DNA from: Octopus sinensis
Taxonomy: Eukaryota
NCBI RefSeq assembly: GCF_006345805.1
Contig: NW_021829874.1
Span: 1 to 33,970, forward strand
Length of the DNA stretch: 33,970 nt
Direction of reading: 5' to 3'
Numbering within the stretch: the stretch's first letter is position 1; each line of letters starts with the position of its first letter. Shown piece by piece: positions 10,219 through 23,949 of this stretch. The notes under the pieces are model-generated. The model ran no database searches and had not been told where the DNA came from. It was given only the letters and a program-made list of their open reading frames with translations. The position numbers and the translations under genes were made by a program.

Positions 10219-12810
10219 TGTGTGTGTTTGTGTGTCTGTGTTTGTCCCTTAGCATTGCTTGACAACCGATGCTGGTGTGTTTACGTCCCCGTCACTTAGC
10301 GGTTCAGCAAAAGAGACCGATAGAATAAGTACTGGGCTTACAAAGAATAAGTCCCGGGGTCAACTTGCTCGACTAAAGGCGGTGCTCCAGCATGGCCACA
10401 GTCAAATAACTGAAACAAGTAAAAGAGTAAAGAGTAAAAGAGTATATATATATATATATATCCGTGATAAAAACTTTGTGAACGTCAGAGAACCTGGGGC
10501 ATAAAAACTCACCGAGTAATTTAAATATAAGTTGCTTAGACGCAACCGTAGCATTGAAAATACTGCAGCCGTGTTTGTTGGTTAAACCAAGGCAGGCGTT
10601 GGCCCGAACCAGGGCCCTACATACGGGACCGTTACCATTGAGATATGCCAAGAGGAGAGCTGAAATAGAAGGAAGAGAACAAATGAGAAACATGTGAGAT
10701 GGATGTTTGTTTTCATTAACCCCTTACCCGGCAGAAACGAATATATGCATTTTGACCGAAATCGGTTTTTTTCTATCTCTGGCGAGTTAACTCGTCAAAA
10801 GATAGACTCGCCAAAATCGACAGCAAACGAGTTCCTTCGTCTATTATAAACTCTTTTGACCGAAATCGTTTTTTTCTATCTCTGGCGAGTTAACTCGTCA
10901 AAAGATAGACTCGCCAAAATCGACAGCAAACGAGTTCCTTCGTCTATTATAAACTCTTTTGACCGAAATCGTTTTTTTCTATCTCTGGCGAGTTAACTCG
11001 TCAAAAGATAGACTCGCCAAAATCGACAGCAAACGAGTTCCTTCGTCTATTATAAACTCTTTTGATCGAAATCGTTTTTTTCTATCTCTGGCGAGTTAAC
11101 TCGTCAAAAGATAGACTCGCCAAAATCGACAGCAAACGAGTTCCTTCGTCTATTATAAACTCTTTTGACCGAAATCGTTTTTTTCTATCTCTGGCAAGTT
11201 AACTCGTCAAAAGATAGACTCGCCAAAATCGACAGCAAACGAGTTCCTTCGTCTATTATAAACTCTTTTGACGAGACCGAATCGTTTTTTTCTATCTCTG
11301 GCGAGTTTTAACTCGTCAAAAGATAGACGACTCGCCAAAATCGACAGCAAACGAGTTCCTCTTCGTCTATTATAAACTCTTTTGACCGAAATTGTTTTTT
11401 TCTATCTCTGGCAAGTTAACTCGTCAAAAGATAGACTCGCCAAAATCGACAGCAAATGAGTTCCTTTGTCTATTATAAACTCTTTTTTGACATATACGAG
11501 TATATTCGCTCACTTTATACTGTCTGGCAGTGACGATTTCTGCCACCTTTCGCTGAAAGGCATTGAAGACCGAGTATGATTTAGTCACCTGGAGACAGTG
11601 GAAGGGTTGGAAGGCACATTTTATGAATAGAAGTATTCACTTTGTTTTTACGTTGTTTTTTTTATACCTTTATATTATAACCCCACCATGTCGATAACCA
11701 AATAGAATAACATGATTTTTTGTAAAAGTAATATGATTTATAAAAAAAACGGGTTAACTCGTTTCTTCTGCCCAAAGCGGTAATTTAAAATTAATATTAT
11801 TGAATTAAAATTCATAATAAATAAGGTTTGAAATATACCTCGAAATCACCATTCAAAACATAGTAAAATAAAACAATTAAAAAATATGTCTGAAAAAATA
11901 CATTTATTTTCAAAATAATTGTTGGGTAAGGGGTTAATAACGACAAAATTACTTCACTAAATTCCCAATTATTTTGAAAATCAGTTGAAATGAAGGCAGA
12001 ATATTTCAACAGGAACATCCTAATCATATGACTTAGTTTACTCTTTTACTTGTTTCAGTCATTTGATGCGGCCATGCTGGTGCACCACCCTTTTAACCCC
12101 TTACCCGGCAGAAACGAATATATGCGTTTTGACCGAAATCGTTTTTTTTCTGTCTCTGGCGAGTTAACTCGTCAAAAGATAGACTCGCCAAAATCGACAG
12201 CAAACGAGTTCCTTCGTCTAAAAACGGGTTAACTCGTTTCTGCCCAAAGCGGTAATTTAAAATCAATATTATTGAATTAAAATTCATAATAAATAAGGTT
12301 TGAAATATACCTCGAAATCACCATTCAAAACATAGTAAAGTAAAACAATTAAAAAATATGTCTGCAAAAAATACATTTATTTTCAAAATAATTGTTGGGT
12401 AAGGGGTTAAAAGTGTTGAAATGTGTATTGTATAAAGCAAAAAACAAGAAGGTGATTTCAATGCTTCTCAAGGAAGCAAATGCTTGCTTGTTTGTATTTA
12501 TACATACATGGTTGTTCCTGAAGCTATTCAGCATCTAAAATCGGTAGAAGAAGAATGATTTTTTTTATTGGCCTCAAGGGCCAAAGACACGGAGGTCAAT
12601 ATCGAAGGTCAAGTAGAGCACAAAAAATCACAAAAAAAAAAAGAACAGGCACAGGAGTGGCTGTGTGGTAAGTAGCTTGCTTACCAACCACATGGTTCCG
12701 GGTTCAGTCCCACTGCATGGCACCTTGAGCAAGTGTCTTCTACTATAGCCTCGGGCCGACCAAAGTCTTGTGAGTGGATTTGGTAGACGGAAACTGAAAG
12801 AAGCCCGTCG

Positions 12811-12886
<76 letters not shown>

Positions 12887-12936
12887 TATATGTATAATAT
12901 ATATATATATATATGTATATATATATTATATATATA

Positions 12937-12984
<48 letters not shown>

Positions 12985-13022
12985 GTATATATATATATAT
13001 TATATTATATATATATATATAG

Positions 13023-13086
<64 letters not shown>

Positions 13087-13807
13087 GTATATGCGGTGTG
13101 TGTGTGTGTTGTGTGTTGTGTTTGTCCCTCCAACATCGCTTGACAACTGATGCTGGTGTGTTTACGTCCCCGTTACTTAGCGGTTCAGTAAAAGAGACCA
13201 ATAGAATAAGTACTGGGCTAACAAAAGAATAAGTCCCGGGGTCGATTTGCTCGACTAAAGGTGGTGCTCCAGCATGGCCACAGTCAAATGACAGAAACAA
13301 GTAAATGTAAATAAGAAAAAAAATGTAAATGTAAAATAAATAAATAATAAATAAATAATTAGAATGTCCCCCAAAATGGGGTAGTCCACTTAGGATAATC
13401 CAGAATAATAATAATGATAATAATCATCTCACCGCTGTTTCCTTCCATGTCTGGCGCGTCGATTGGATAATCAGGCATTGCTTCTCGAAACAACTCAAAG
13501 ATTGCTGCTGCATTGTCTTTACCATATTGGCAGAGGATGTGCAAAGGGTTCTGACCCCTAAATTTCAATGACACAAATGCAAAAAACACATTAAATTCAG
13601 GAAATATTCTGACCCCACATTAAGAAACAATATATAGGCGCAGGAGTGGCTGTGTGGTAAGTAGCTTGCTTACCAACCACATGGTTCCGGGTTCAGTCCT
13701 CTGCATGGCACCTTGGGCAAGTGTCTTCTACTATAGCCTTGGGCATACCAAAGCCTTGTGAGTGGATTTGGTAGACAGAAACTGAAAAGAAGCCCGTCGT
13801 ATATATG

Positions 13808-13851
<44 letters not shown>

Positions 13852-16800
13852 GAAGTGGCTGTGTGGTAAGTAGCTTGCTTACCGACCACATGGTTCAGGG
13901 TTCAGTCCCACTACGTGGCACCTTGGGCAAGTGTCTTCTACTATAGACTCGGGCCGACCAAAGCCTTGTGAGTGGATTTGGTAGACGGAAACTGAAAAGA
14001 AGCCCGTCGTATATATGTATGTGTGTGTTTGTGTTTGTCCCCCCAAGATCCCTTGACAACCGATGCTGGTGTGTTTACGTCCCCGTAACTTAGCAGTTCA
14101 GCAAAAGTGACCGATAGAATAAGTACTGGGCTTCCAAAGAATAAGTCCTGGTGTCAATTTGCTCGACCGACTAAAGGCGGTGCTCCAGCATGTCCGCAGT
14201 CAAATGACTGAAACAAGTACAAGAGTAATCATCCCAAACGAATACGCTCAACCACAACATGCGAGAAAACATCAATGGTGCCATCAATCGCCGGGAAGGG
14301 CACGGACGGGGAGCTGGACAAGGGCCCACCAACCAGCCGACCGACCGACCGACTGACCAGCATTCTCTCCCCAACGTCTTCCCATGAAACAAACAGGTGA
14401 CTTACTTTCCATTCGGTACTTCGGCCTCGATAGTCGACTCCGTCAGCAGACATCGTATCGTGTGCATGTTGCCGTGGGCAACAGCAATGTGTAAGGCTGA
14501 AAATGGCAAGGGTAGAATAAAGAGGATTATACAGGTGTTAGCGGAGTAGCAATGAGTGATGAACGGCGAATAGCGAATGATGAATGATGAGTGATGACTG
14601 GTGGTTGATGACTGATGAGTGACGACTGGTGATTGATGACTGATGGGTGATGAGTGGTGAATGATGTATGGTGAATGGCAATGACTGACAGGTGATTCAA
14701 CATGATGACTGGTGTTTGATGACTGATGGGTGATGAGTGGTGAATGATGTATGGTGAATGGCAATGACTGACAGGTAATTCAACGTGATGACTGGTGTTT
14801 GGTGACTGATGGGTGATGAGTGGTGAATGATGTATGGTGAATGGCAATGACTTACAGGTGATTCAACGTGATGACTGGTGTTTGATGACTGATGGGTGAT
14901 GAGTGGTGAATGATGTATGGTGAATGGCAATGACTGACAGGTGATTCAACGTGATGACTGGTGTTTGATGGGTGATGAGTGGTGAATGATGTATGGTGAA
15001 TGGCAATGACTGACAGGTGATTCAACGTGATGACTGGTGTTTGATGACTGATGGGTGATGAGTGGTGAATGATGTATGGTGAATGGCAATGACTGACAGG
15101 TGATTTAACGTGATGACTGGTGTTTGATGACTGATGGGTGATGAGTGGTGAATGATGGGAGTGTCAGATGACTAACCAATGATGAATGATTAAAAGTGAT
15201 GAATTATGGATGATAGTAATGAATGTGATGACCAGTGAATAATGATGATGGGTGACAGATGATCAACCAGTGATGCATGATGGGTGATGAATGGTGGATA
15301 ACAAGCCATGAATGATGGGTGATGAGTAATTAATGATGACGACTGATTGCAGGTGATGAACGGTGACAAATAATGTGTGATTAACACTGGTGAGTGATAG
15401 TGTTGTGACCCCTGAGCATAAACAAAAAAAATTTAGACACATAGTATTATTACTGGTATTAGAGTTTGTCACTAGGCCAGCAATTTTGAGGGGGGGGGGT
15501 CTGGTCAATTACATTGACCCCAGGGTTCAAATAATACTTGTTTTATCAACCTGGAAAGGATGAAAGGCAAAATCGACCCCGGCGGGATTTGAACTCAGAA
15601 CGTAAAGGCAGACGAAATGCCGCTAAGCATTTCGCCCACCATGCTAACTCTTCTGCCAGCATGCTGTCTTAACACACAGTTATATCAACGAAACTTGTGG
15701 TGGTGGTGGTGGTGATGGTGGAGGTGGTATGGTCATGTTAGTGTAGTGGTGGTGGTGGTGGTGGTGGCAGTATTGGTGATGGTGGAGCTGCTATGGTCAT
15801 GTTAGTGTAGTGGTGGTGGTGGTGGTGGCAGTGTAGGTGGAAGTGGTGGTGGTGATTGTGGTCATGGTGGTGGTGGTGGCAGTGGCAGTGTTGGCGATGG
15901 TGGAGCTGGTATGGTCATGTCAGGTGGTGGTGGTGGTCGTGGCTGCAGTGCTGATTGCAGTGTTAGCAGCAGTGGTGGTGATGTTATGGTCATGTTAGTG
16001 TATTAGTGGTGGTGATGGTGGTGGTGGTGGTGGCAGTGTTGGTGATGGTGACGGAGCTGGTATGGTCATGTTAGTGTGTTGGTGGTGGTGGTTGTGGGGC
16101 AGTGGTGGTGATGGTGGTGGTGGTGGTGGTGGTGGTTGTGGTGGCAGTGGTGATTGGTGATGGCAACAGTGGTGGTGATGGTGGGGGCGGTAGCAGCGGC
16201 GGTGGTGGTGGTGGTGGTAGTGGCAGTGGTGGTAATGGTGACGGAGCTGGTATGGTCATGTTAGTGTGTTGGTGGTGGTGGTTGTGGGGCAGTGGTGGTG
16301 ATGGTGGTGGTGGTGGTGGTGGTGGTGGTGGTGGTGGTGGTGGTGGTGGTGGCAGTGGTGATTGGTGATGGCAACAGTGGTGGTGATGGTGGGGGCGGTA
16401 GCAGCGGCGGTGGTGGTGGTGGTGGTAGTGGCAGTGTTGGTAATGGTGACGGAGCTGGTATGGTCATGTCAGTGCGGTGGTGGTGGTGGCGGTGGTGGCG
16501 GTGGTGATTGCAGTGATGGCAGCCGTGGTAGTAGTGGTGGTGGTGGTGAAGGCCTTAGAGCCACCAGCGCCCATACCTACCATTGTTTTGGTTTTCATCG
16601 ACAGCATTGATCTCGACTCCGTTCTCAAGGAGGGCAGTGACCAGACTGGGGTTATCGTTCATCGACGACAGATGCAGGGCTGATTCTCCGTGCAGTGTAC
16701 GTTCGTTCACATCAGCACCAGCCAGGATCTGCAAAGAAAAGGAGCATTATTATACATACATACATACATACATACTGTGCTTCTTTCAGTTTCCGTCTAC

Positions 16801-16934
16801 CAAATCCACTCACAAGGCTTTGGTCAGCCCGAGGCTATAGTAGAAGACACTTGCCCAAGGTGTCACGCAGTGGAACTGAACCCGGAACCATGTGGTTCAT
16901 AAGCAAGCTACTTGCCACGCAGCCAATCATGCGC

Positions 16935-16969
<35 letters not shown>

Positions 16970-17765
16970 CATATATATGACGGGCTTCTTTCAGTTTCCG
17001 TCTACCAAATCCACTCACAAGGCTTTGGTCAGCCCGAGGCTATAGTAGAAGACACTTGCCCAAGGTGTCACGCAGTGGAACTGAACCCGGAACCATGTGG
17101 TTCATAAGCAAGCTACTTGCCACGCCTAGCGCCGCCTCGACTGGCTTCTGTGCCGGTGGCACATAAAAAGCACCATCCGAACGTGGCCGTTGCCAGTGTC
17201 GCCTTGGCTGGCTTCCGTGCCGGTGGCACGTTAAAAGCTCCAACCGATCGTGGCCGATGCCAGACCCCTGGCACCTGTGCAGGTGGCACGTAAAAAGCAC
17301 CCACTACACTCACGGAGTGGTTGGCGTTAGGAAGGGCATCCAGCTGTAGAAACATTGCCAGATAAGACCGGAGCCTGGTGCAGATTCTGGCTTCCCAGAT
17401 CCCCGGTCGAACCGTCCAACCCTTGGAGAACAGACGTTAAACGATGATGATGATGATATATATATATACATATATACGACGGGCTTCTTTTAGTTTCCGT
17501 CTACCAAATCCACTCACAAGGCTTTGGTCGACCCGAGGCTATAGTAGAAGACACTTGCCCAAGGTGCCACGCAGTGGGACTGAACCCAGAACCATGTGGT
17601 TGTTTAGCAAGCTACTTACCAGACAGAATGACTCCGGTAATTTGGTACGATCGTTTCGTACTACATCATTTTATTAAATGTTGTAAGTATTACAACAGTT
17701 TTAAAATGCTGAGCACTCATCAGCCAATTATAGAGGTTTTCCATCAATACAAAAATTTTCATATC

Positions 17766-17798
<33 letters not shown>

Positions 17799-18746
17799 TG
17801 TGTGTGTGTGTATAAATATACATATATATATGTGTATATATGTATATATGTGTGTGTGTTGTGTGTGTATAAATATATACACACACACACATAATTATAT
17901 ACACATGTTTGTACAAATGTATGTATACTCACCAGATTACGTGTTATGATTTCGGAAAGGGCCAAAACAGCAAGGTGCAGTGGCGTATACTGTTGGGTGT
18001 CCTGTACGCGGGAGTTCACATCAGCATGTACGCTTATGAGGAAGAGGACACTCTCAATGTCCCCATTCATGATGGCTGTATGGAGGAAGTTACGGCCCTT
18101 GTTATCAGTCTAAAATTACAAATAGAGGGTGTCACTGTAGTTTCCTAAAACACTTTATATTACACTAGCAGTATCGCCCGGCGTTGCTCGGGTTTGTAAG
18201 GGAAATAACTATATAAGCATTTTTAGAGAGTTACTTCCCTTATATAAACCAAGCAAAAAATGCATTAAAAATGCAGAAAAATGATGGTAAATTTTTTTTT
18301 AAATCGTAAACTCAACGTAGACACGCGCTAATACCCAGAAGGGCTCGATATGAATCACAAATATAAGATACCCGCTTTTGGTTAAACTGCACCGCAAAAT
18401 GTGGGAGTAGTTAGGAATCTAAATCGGAGTAGACAGACACACACACAACTTCAGCTTTATATATAAAGATATAATTAAATACAGGCAATAAACCACATAT
18501 CAAGTATATAATAGAGAGATATATTTTACTCTTTACTCTTTTACTTGTTTCAGTCATTTCACTATGGCCATGCTGGAGCACCGCCTCTAATCGAGCAACT
18601 CGATCCCGGGACGTATTCTTTGTAAGCCCAGTACTTATTCTATTGGTCTCTTTTGCCGAACCGCTAAGTAACGGGGACGTAAACACACCAGCATCGGTTG
18701 TCAAGCAATGCTAGGGGGACAAACACAGACACACAAACATATACAT

Positions 18747-18799
<53 letters not shown>

Positions 18800-20000
18800 T
18801 ACGACAGGCTTCTTTCAGTTTCTGTCTACCAAATCCACTCACAAGGCTTTGGTCGGCCCGAGGCTATAGCAGAAGACACTTGCCCAAGATGCCACGCAGT
18901 GGGACTGAACCCGGAACCATGTGGTTGGTAAGCAAGCTACTTACCACACAGCCACTCCTAGGCTATATACAAAATACACACACACACCAACTCACACACA
19001 CACACACCAACACACATACACAAATATATACATACACACAAACATGCATGCAAACACACCCACATGCAAATATACACACACACACACACTACACATTCTA
19101 CCCATCCAAAATCCCTAAAGCCCTTACCTGTTCGGCAGCCGTGGGTTCCCGGTTTAAGATGGCCTGCGCCGCCTTGTTGTCCTTGGTCGTCATAGCAACA
19201 GCAAACGGGCTCAGCCCCTGCTTGTTCTTCAGGGACAGATTAAGATTAGGGTGGGCAAGCAACAGGGAAATGATGACAGCGTGCTGGTTCTGGATAGCAA
19301 TGTGGAGGGGACAGTTACCTTCAGCGTCCTGTTGGCAGGCCCAGCAGACAGAGCCAATGGTGGTGATCACGAGGATGGTGGTAGCGGTTTGAGGTGGTGG
19401 TGGTAGTGGTGGTGGTGGTGATGGTGGTGGTGGTTGATGTGGTAGTGATGGTAGTGATGGTGGTGGTGGTGGTGGTGGTGGTGGTGGTGGTAGTGGTTGT
19501 GGTGGTTGTGGTGGTGGTGGTTGTGGTGGTGGTGGTGGTTGATGTGGTGGTGATGGTGGCGGTGGTGGTGGTTGTGGTGGGTGTGGTTGTGGTGATGGCG
19601 GTTGTAGTTGATGTGGTGGTGATGGTGGTGGTGGTGGTGGTGGTTGATGTGGTGGTGGTGGTTGTGGTTGATGTGGTGGTGGTGGTGGTGGTTGTGGTGG
19701 TGGTGGTGGTGGTGGTGGTAGTGGTGGTAGTTGGGGTGATGGTGGTTGTGGTTGATGTGGTGGTGATGGTTGTGGTAGCAGGGGTGGTTGTTTTTTTTGG
19801 TAATGATGATGGTAAGTGGTAGTGATGGTCATGCAGGGAGTGGAAAAAGAGAAGAGAGAAAAAGAGAAAGAAAAATTATCATTATTGTTGTTAATAATAA
19901 TAATAATATAATGATGATAATAATAATAATGATGATAAAATAATAATAATATAATAATAATAATAATATAATAATAATAATGATAATAATAATAATAATG

Positions 20001-20039
<39 letters not shown>

Positions 20040-20090
20040 TAATAATAATATAATAATAATAATAATAATAATATAATAATAATAATAATG

Positions 20091-20127
<37 letters not shown>

Positions 20128-20910
20128 TAATAATAATATAATAATAATATAATAATAATAATAATAATAATATAATAATAATAATAATGATAATAATAAA
20201 ATAATAATAATATAATAATAATAATAAAGCCCTGATGCAGTACCAGGCAGTGGCTCTCATGGCTTCTGATCTTAACTGATTGGAAGTGTTATCATGTACA
20301 TTGTTTGTCTTGGTATAAAAGATGGGCTACAGCAAATATTCTGCTCAAACCACAGATTTGCTTGTCAGTTATTTGACCGTAACCAGTTGAGCATGTCCCT
20401 TGGTGGCTGACGATATGTGCATCTCTGATCACGAGCAGAAGTAGTGGGGGAGCATCATAGCCATGTGTTGAGAGGGATTCTTTGAGGTTTGGATAATTCA
20501 CCTCTGGAAACATAGGTGTTTCATTCAACATCCTTAAACAACCCTTATTCAAGGACCTTTTGAGCGGGATGGGTTACTCGACCAGAAGAAAATTCTAACT
20601 GGGCCCCACCTGCAAGGTCATGTGCTGTTTATCTTTTTATGAGATCCCCATGTCGCGCACATATGGTTGTGATGCATGTGCCTGGTGTACCCTTATCAGA
20701 CGGTTAGTCATGATGGGTATACTGAGCTTCGTATATTTTACCCCAGTGTCACTTTGATGGCATTGCACTGCTCTCCACTCAATAATAATAATATAATAAT
20801 AATAATATAATAATAATAATAATGATAATAATGATAATAATAATGATAATAATAATAATAATAATAATGATAATAATAATGATAATGATAATAGTAATGA
20901 TAATATAATG

Positions 20911-20944
<34 letters not shown>

Positions 20945-20955
20945 TAATAATAATA

Positions 20956-21025
<70 letters not shown>

Positions 21026-21996
21026 TCATCATCATCATCATCATCATCGTTTAACGTCCGTTCTCCATGCTAGCATGGGTTGGACGGTTCGACCGGGGAT
21101 CTGGAAAGCCAGAAGGCTGCACCAGGCTCCAGTCTTATCGGCAGGTTTCTACAGCTGGATGCCCTTCCTAACGCCAACCACTCCGTGAGTGTAGTGGGTG
21201 CTTTTTACGTGCCACCTGCACAGGTGGCCAGGCGAGGCTGGCAACGGCCACGGTCGGATTGGTGTATTTTATGTGACACCTGCACGGAAGCCAAACGAGG
21301 GGGGTGCTGGCATCGGCCACGAGCGGTAGTGCTTTTTACGTACACCAGACCAGGGATCCTGGCTGGTTCAATTCGATTTCGATTTTGCTTGCCCCAACAT
21401 GTCTTCGCAAGCAAGGGGGTTGGCATGGGTGCCTGTCGTACGGTCAGTCAGATTGGTGTATTTTACGTGCCACCGGCACGGAAGCCAGTGGAGGCGGCGC
21501 TGGCATCGGCCACGAGTCGGATAGTGCTTTTTACGTACCACCAGACCAGGGATCCTGGCTGGTTCAATTCGATTTCGATTTCGTTTTCGCTTGCCCCAAC
21601 ATGTCTTCGCAAGCAAGGGGGTTGGCATGGGTGCCTGTCGTACGGTCAGATTGGTGTATTACGTGCCACCGGCACGGAGGCCAGTGGAGGCGGCGCTTGG
21701 CATCGGCCACGAGTCGGATAGTGTTTTTACGTACCACCAGACCGGGATCCTGGCTGGTTCAATTCGATTTCGCTTGCCCCAACACGTCTTCGCAAGCAAG
21801 GGGGTTGTCATGGGTGCCTGTCGTACGGTCAGATTGGTGTATTTTACGTGCCCACCCCACCGGCACGGAAGCCAGTGGAGGCATCGGCCACGAGTCGGAT
21901 AGTGCTTTTTACGTACCACCAGACCAGGGATCCTGGCTGGTTCAATTCGATTTTTCGATAATGATAATAATGATAATAATAATAATAAAATAATAA

Positions 21997-22040
<44 letters not shown>

Positions 22041-22124
22041 GGTCTCTGGGTGAGACCTTATTTTGAGGTCTCTGGGTGAGACTTGGAGCCAACTTGTACA
22101 AACGTAAAGCAAAAGTCAAACATA

Positions 22125-22155
<31 letters not shown>

Positions 22156-22631
22156 TATTAAAAATAACTTTCAAAGGATTTCACGAAAAATATAACCTTA
22201 ATATTTAGTGAGCTAACAGGTGATATCACCTTTAATGAAATTACCAGTTTTTTTAATTAAAAAAAATTTATGTTTCATCTTTTTCACCCTCCCACCCATC
22301 TTTTCCATAATAATTCTCTGGGAGCATACACACCTGGATATTGACATCAGCACCGTGTTCCATAAGACACTGTACCACCAGTTCCAAGCCCCAAGCACAA
22401 GACAAGTGAAGAGGTGTCTGCCCATCTCTGCTCACAAGAGCGGCACCAGCAACAGCCCCGAAAGGAGATGGTCATGATGAGGAAGAGGAGGAGGAAAAGA
22501 AAGAAAAACAAAAATTTAATTCAAACAGGGAGGAAAAAGAAAAAAAAGGAAAAAGCAGTGGCAAAGGTGATCTCAGCAGAATTTGAACTCAGAACATAAG
22601 GACCTGCTAACAATTCTGCCAGCTCACTGCC

Positions 22632-22667
<36 letters not shown>

Positions 22668-23863
22668 AACAATAATAATAATAATATATACCTGGCCTCT
22701 TCGCCTCCTTCTTCGTTGGGCCCCGGTCTTCTGGGGCTGTTTTTATCACAAGCGCTATCGAAAGAAAACAAAGCAGATATACATACAATACATATATATT
22801 CATATATACACATATTATTATGGCTGCCCCCTCGTTATTGAGTATGGCCATTGCACGTAGCTCAACTGTTACTGGTGCTGTGATTGAATGTGACTTTTTA
22901 GCCCAGCCAAAGATCTACAATGTCTTGTACAGAATTGGCAACTAGAACCTTCACCGGCCAACAGCCGGCTGTAGTTGTAACTGGGCTTCATGTACCTCTG
23001 CATGTCGTTCAAGTCCTCCTGCCGAATTACACTCTCTTCCACATGCCCGACAGATATGATTAGTATGGTGTGTTACACCACCACCGGTGGCCAGGTTGTC
23101 ACTCATCTGTCTCGTTTTATGACTACAAAGATGACTCTTGAGTCCAGCTTTACTGAGGCAGGGTCTTGCACAGACATTGCATGTCAGAATCAAAGGAAGA
23201 CCCTTCCCTTCTGGAAGTGTAACAGCGATGCCCTTCCTGACATCCCTCCTTACTTTCTCATGTGCAACTCGAGATTTCTCAAAAGTGGCTGTCCCCTCAT
23301 GCACAATCCTTCTCCACCTGCGACGATCAATAGCTATGCCTTCCCATGTGTCAGGAGAGATGCAAACATCTCTTAAGGAAGCACTGTATATATGGCATTC
23401 GTAAGTGAAAATAATGACAAAATATCGATATCTATTGCTCAAAAACAAAACGGGATTTGATGTGAGTTGTTTTGCTTGTCTATGACTAATATTCAGGTGT
23501 TTTACACCAGGCATTGAGAATACATCCTTTTACGCCTAAAAAACTGCAGCCACAGATTTAACACCACACACACCTCATGGATGTATGTTCAATTTCGTTT
23601 ATATACCTAAAAAGAAAGAAAAAACATTTTCCGTGACTGTTCCCAGTACCGCCTGACTTGCCCTCATGCCAGTGGGATGTTAAAGCACCAACTACACTCT
23701 CGGAGTGGTTGGCATTAGGAAGGGCATCCAGCTGTAGAAACATTGCCAGATCAGACTGGGCCTGGTGCAGCCTTCTGGCTTCCCAGACCCCAGTTGAACC
23801 GTCCAACCCATTCTAGCATGGAAAACGGACGTTAAACGATGATGATGATGATGATATATATAT

Positions 23864-23911
<48 letters not shown>

Positions 23912-23916
23912 ATATG

Positions 23917-23949
<33 letters not shown>

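Noticed and set aside
10750-11490. CRISPR-like appearance of regular palindromic repeats
   Set aside because: The units are wholly repeated with no unique spacers, there are no cas genes, and the array sits in a eukaryotic intron inside a TTAA-flanked transposon.
14402-14930. His/Ser-rich repeated ORFs
   Set aside because: Translation of the 83-bp minisatellite, whose unit length is not a multiple of 3; only 14406-14496 is a real exon.
19329-19832. Poly-Pro extension in frame with exon 7 (likewise poly-Thr/His/Pro before exon 2, 32192-33260)
   Set aside because: Triplet-repeat intron sequence. Homology and phase fix the acceptors at 19328 and 32191; there is no evidence for inclusion.
20700-20730. 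SECIS or box C/D-like ATGA...CTGA hairpin on the minus strand
   Set aside because: The helix between the motifs is far too short for a SECIS, the location is intronic, and there is no snoRNA-length context.
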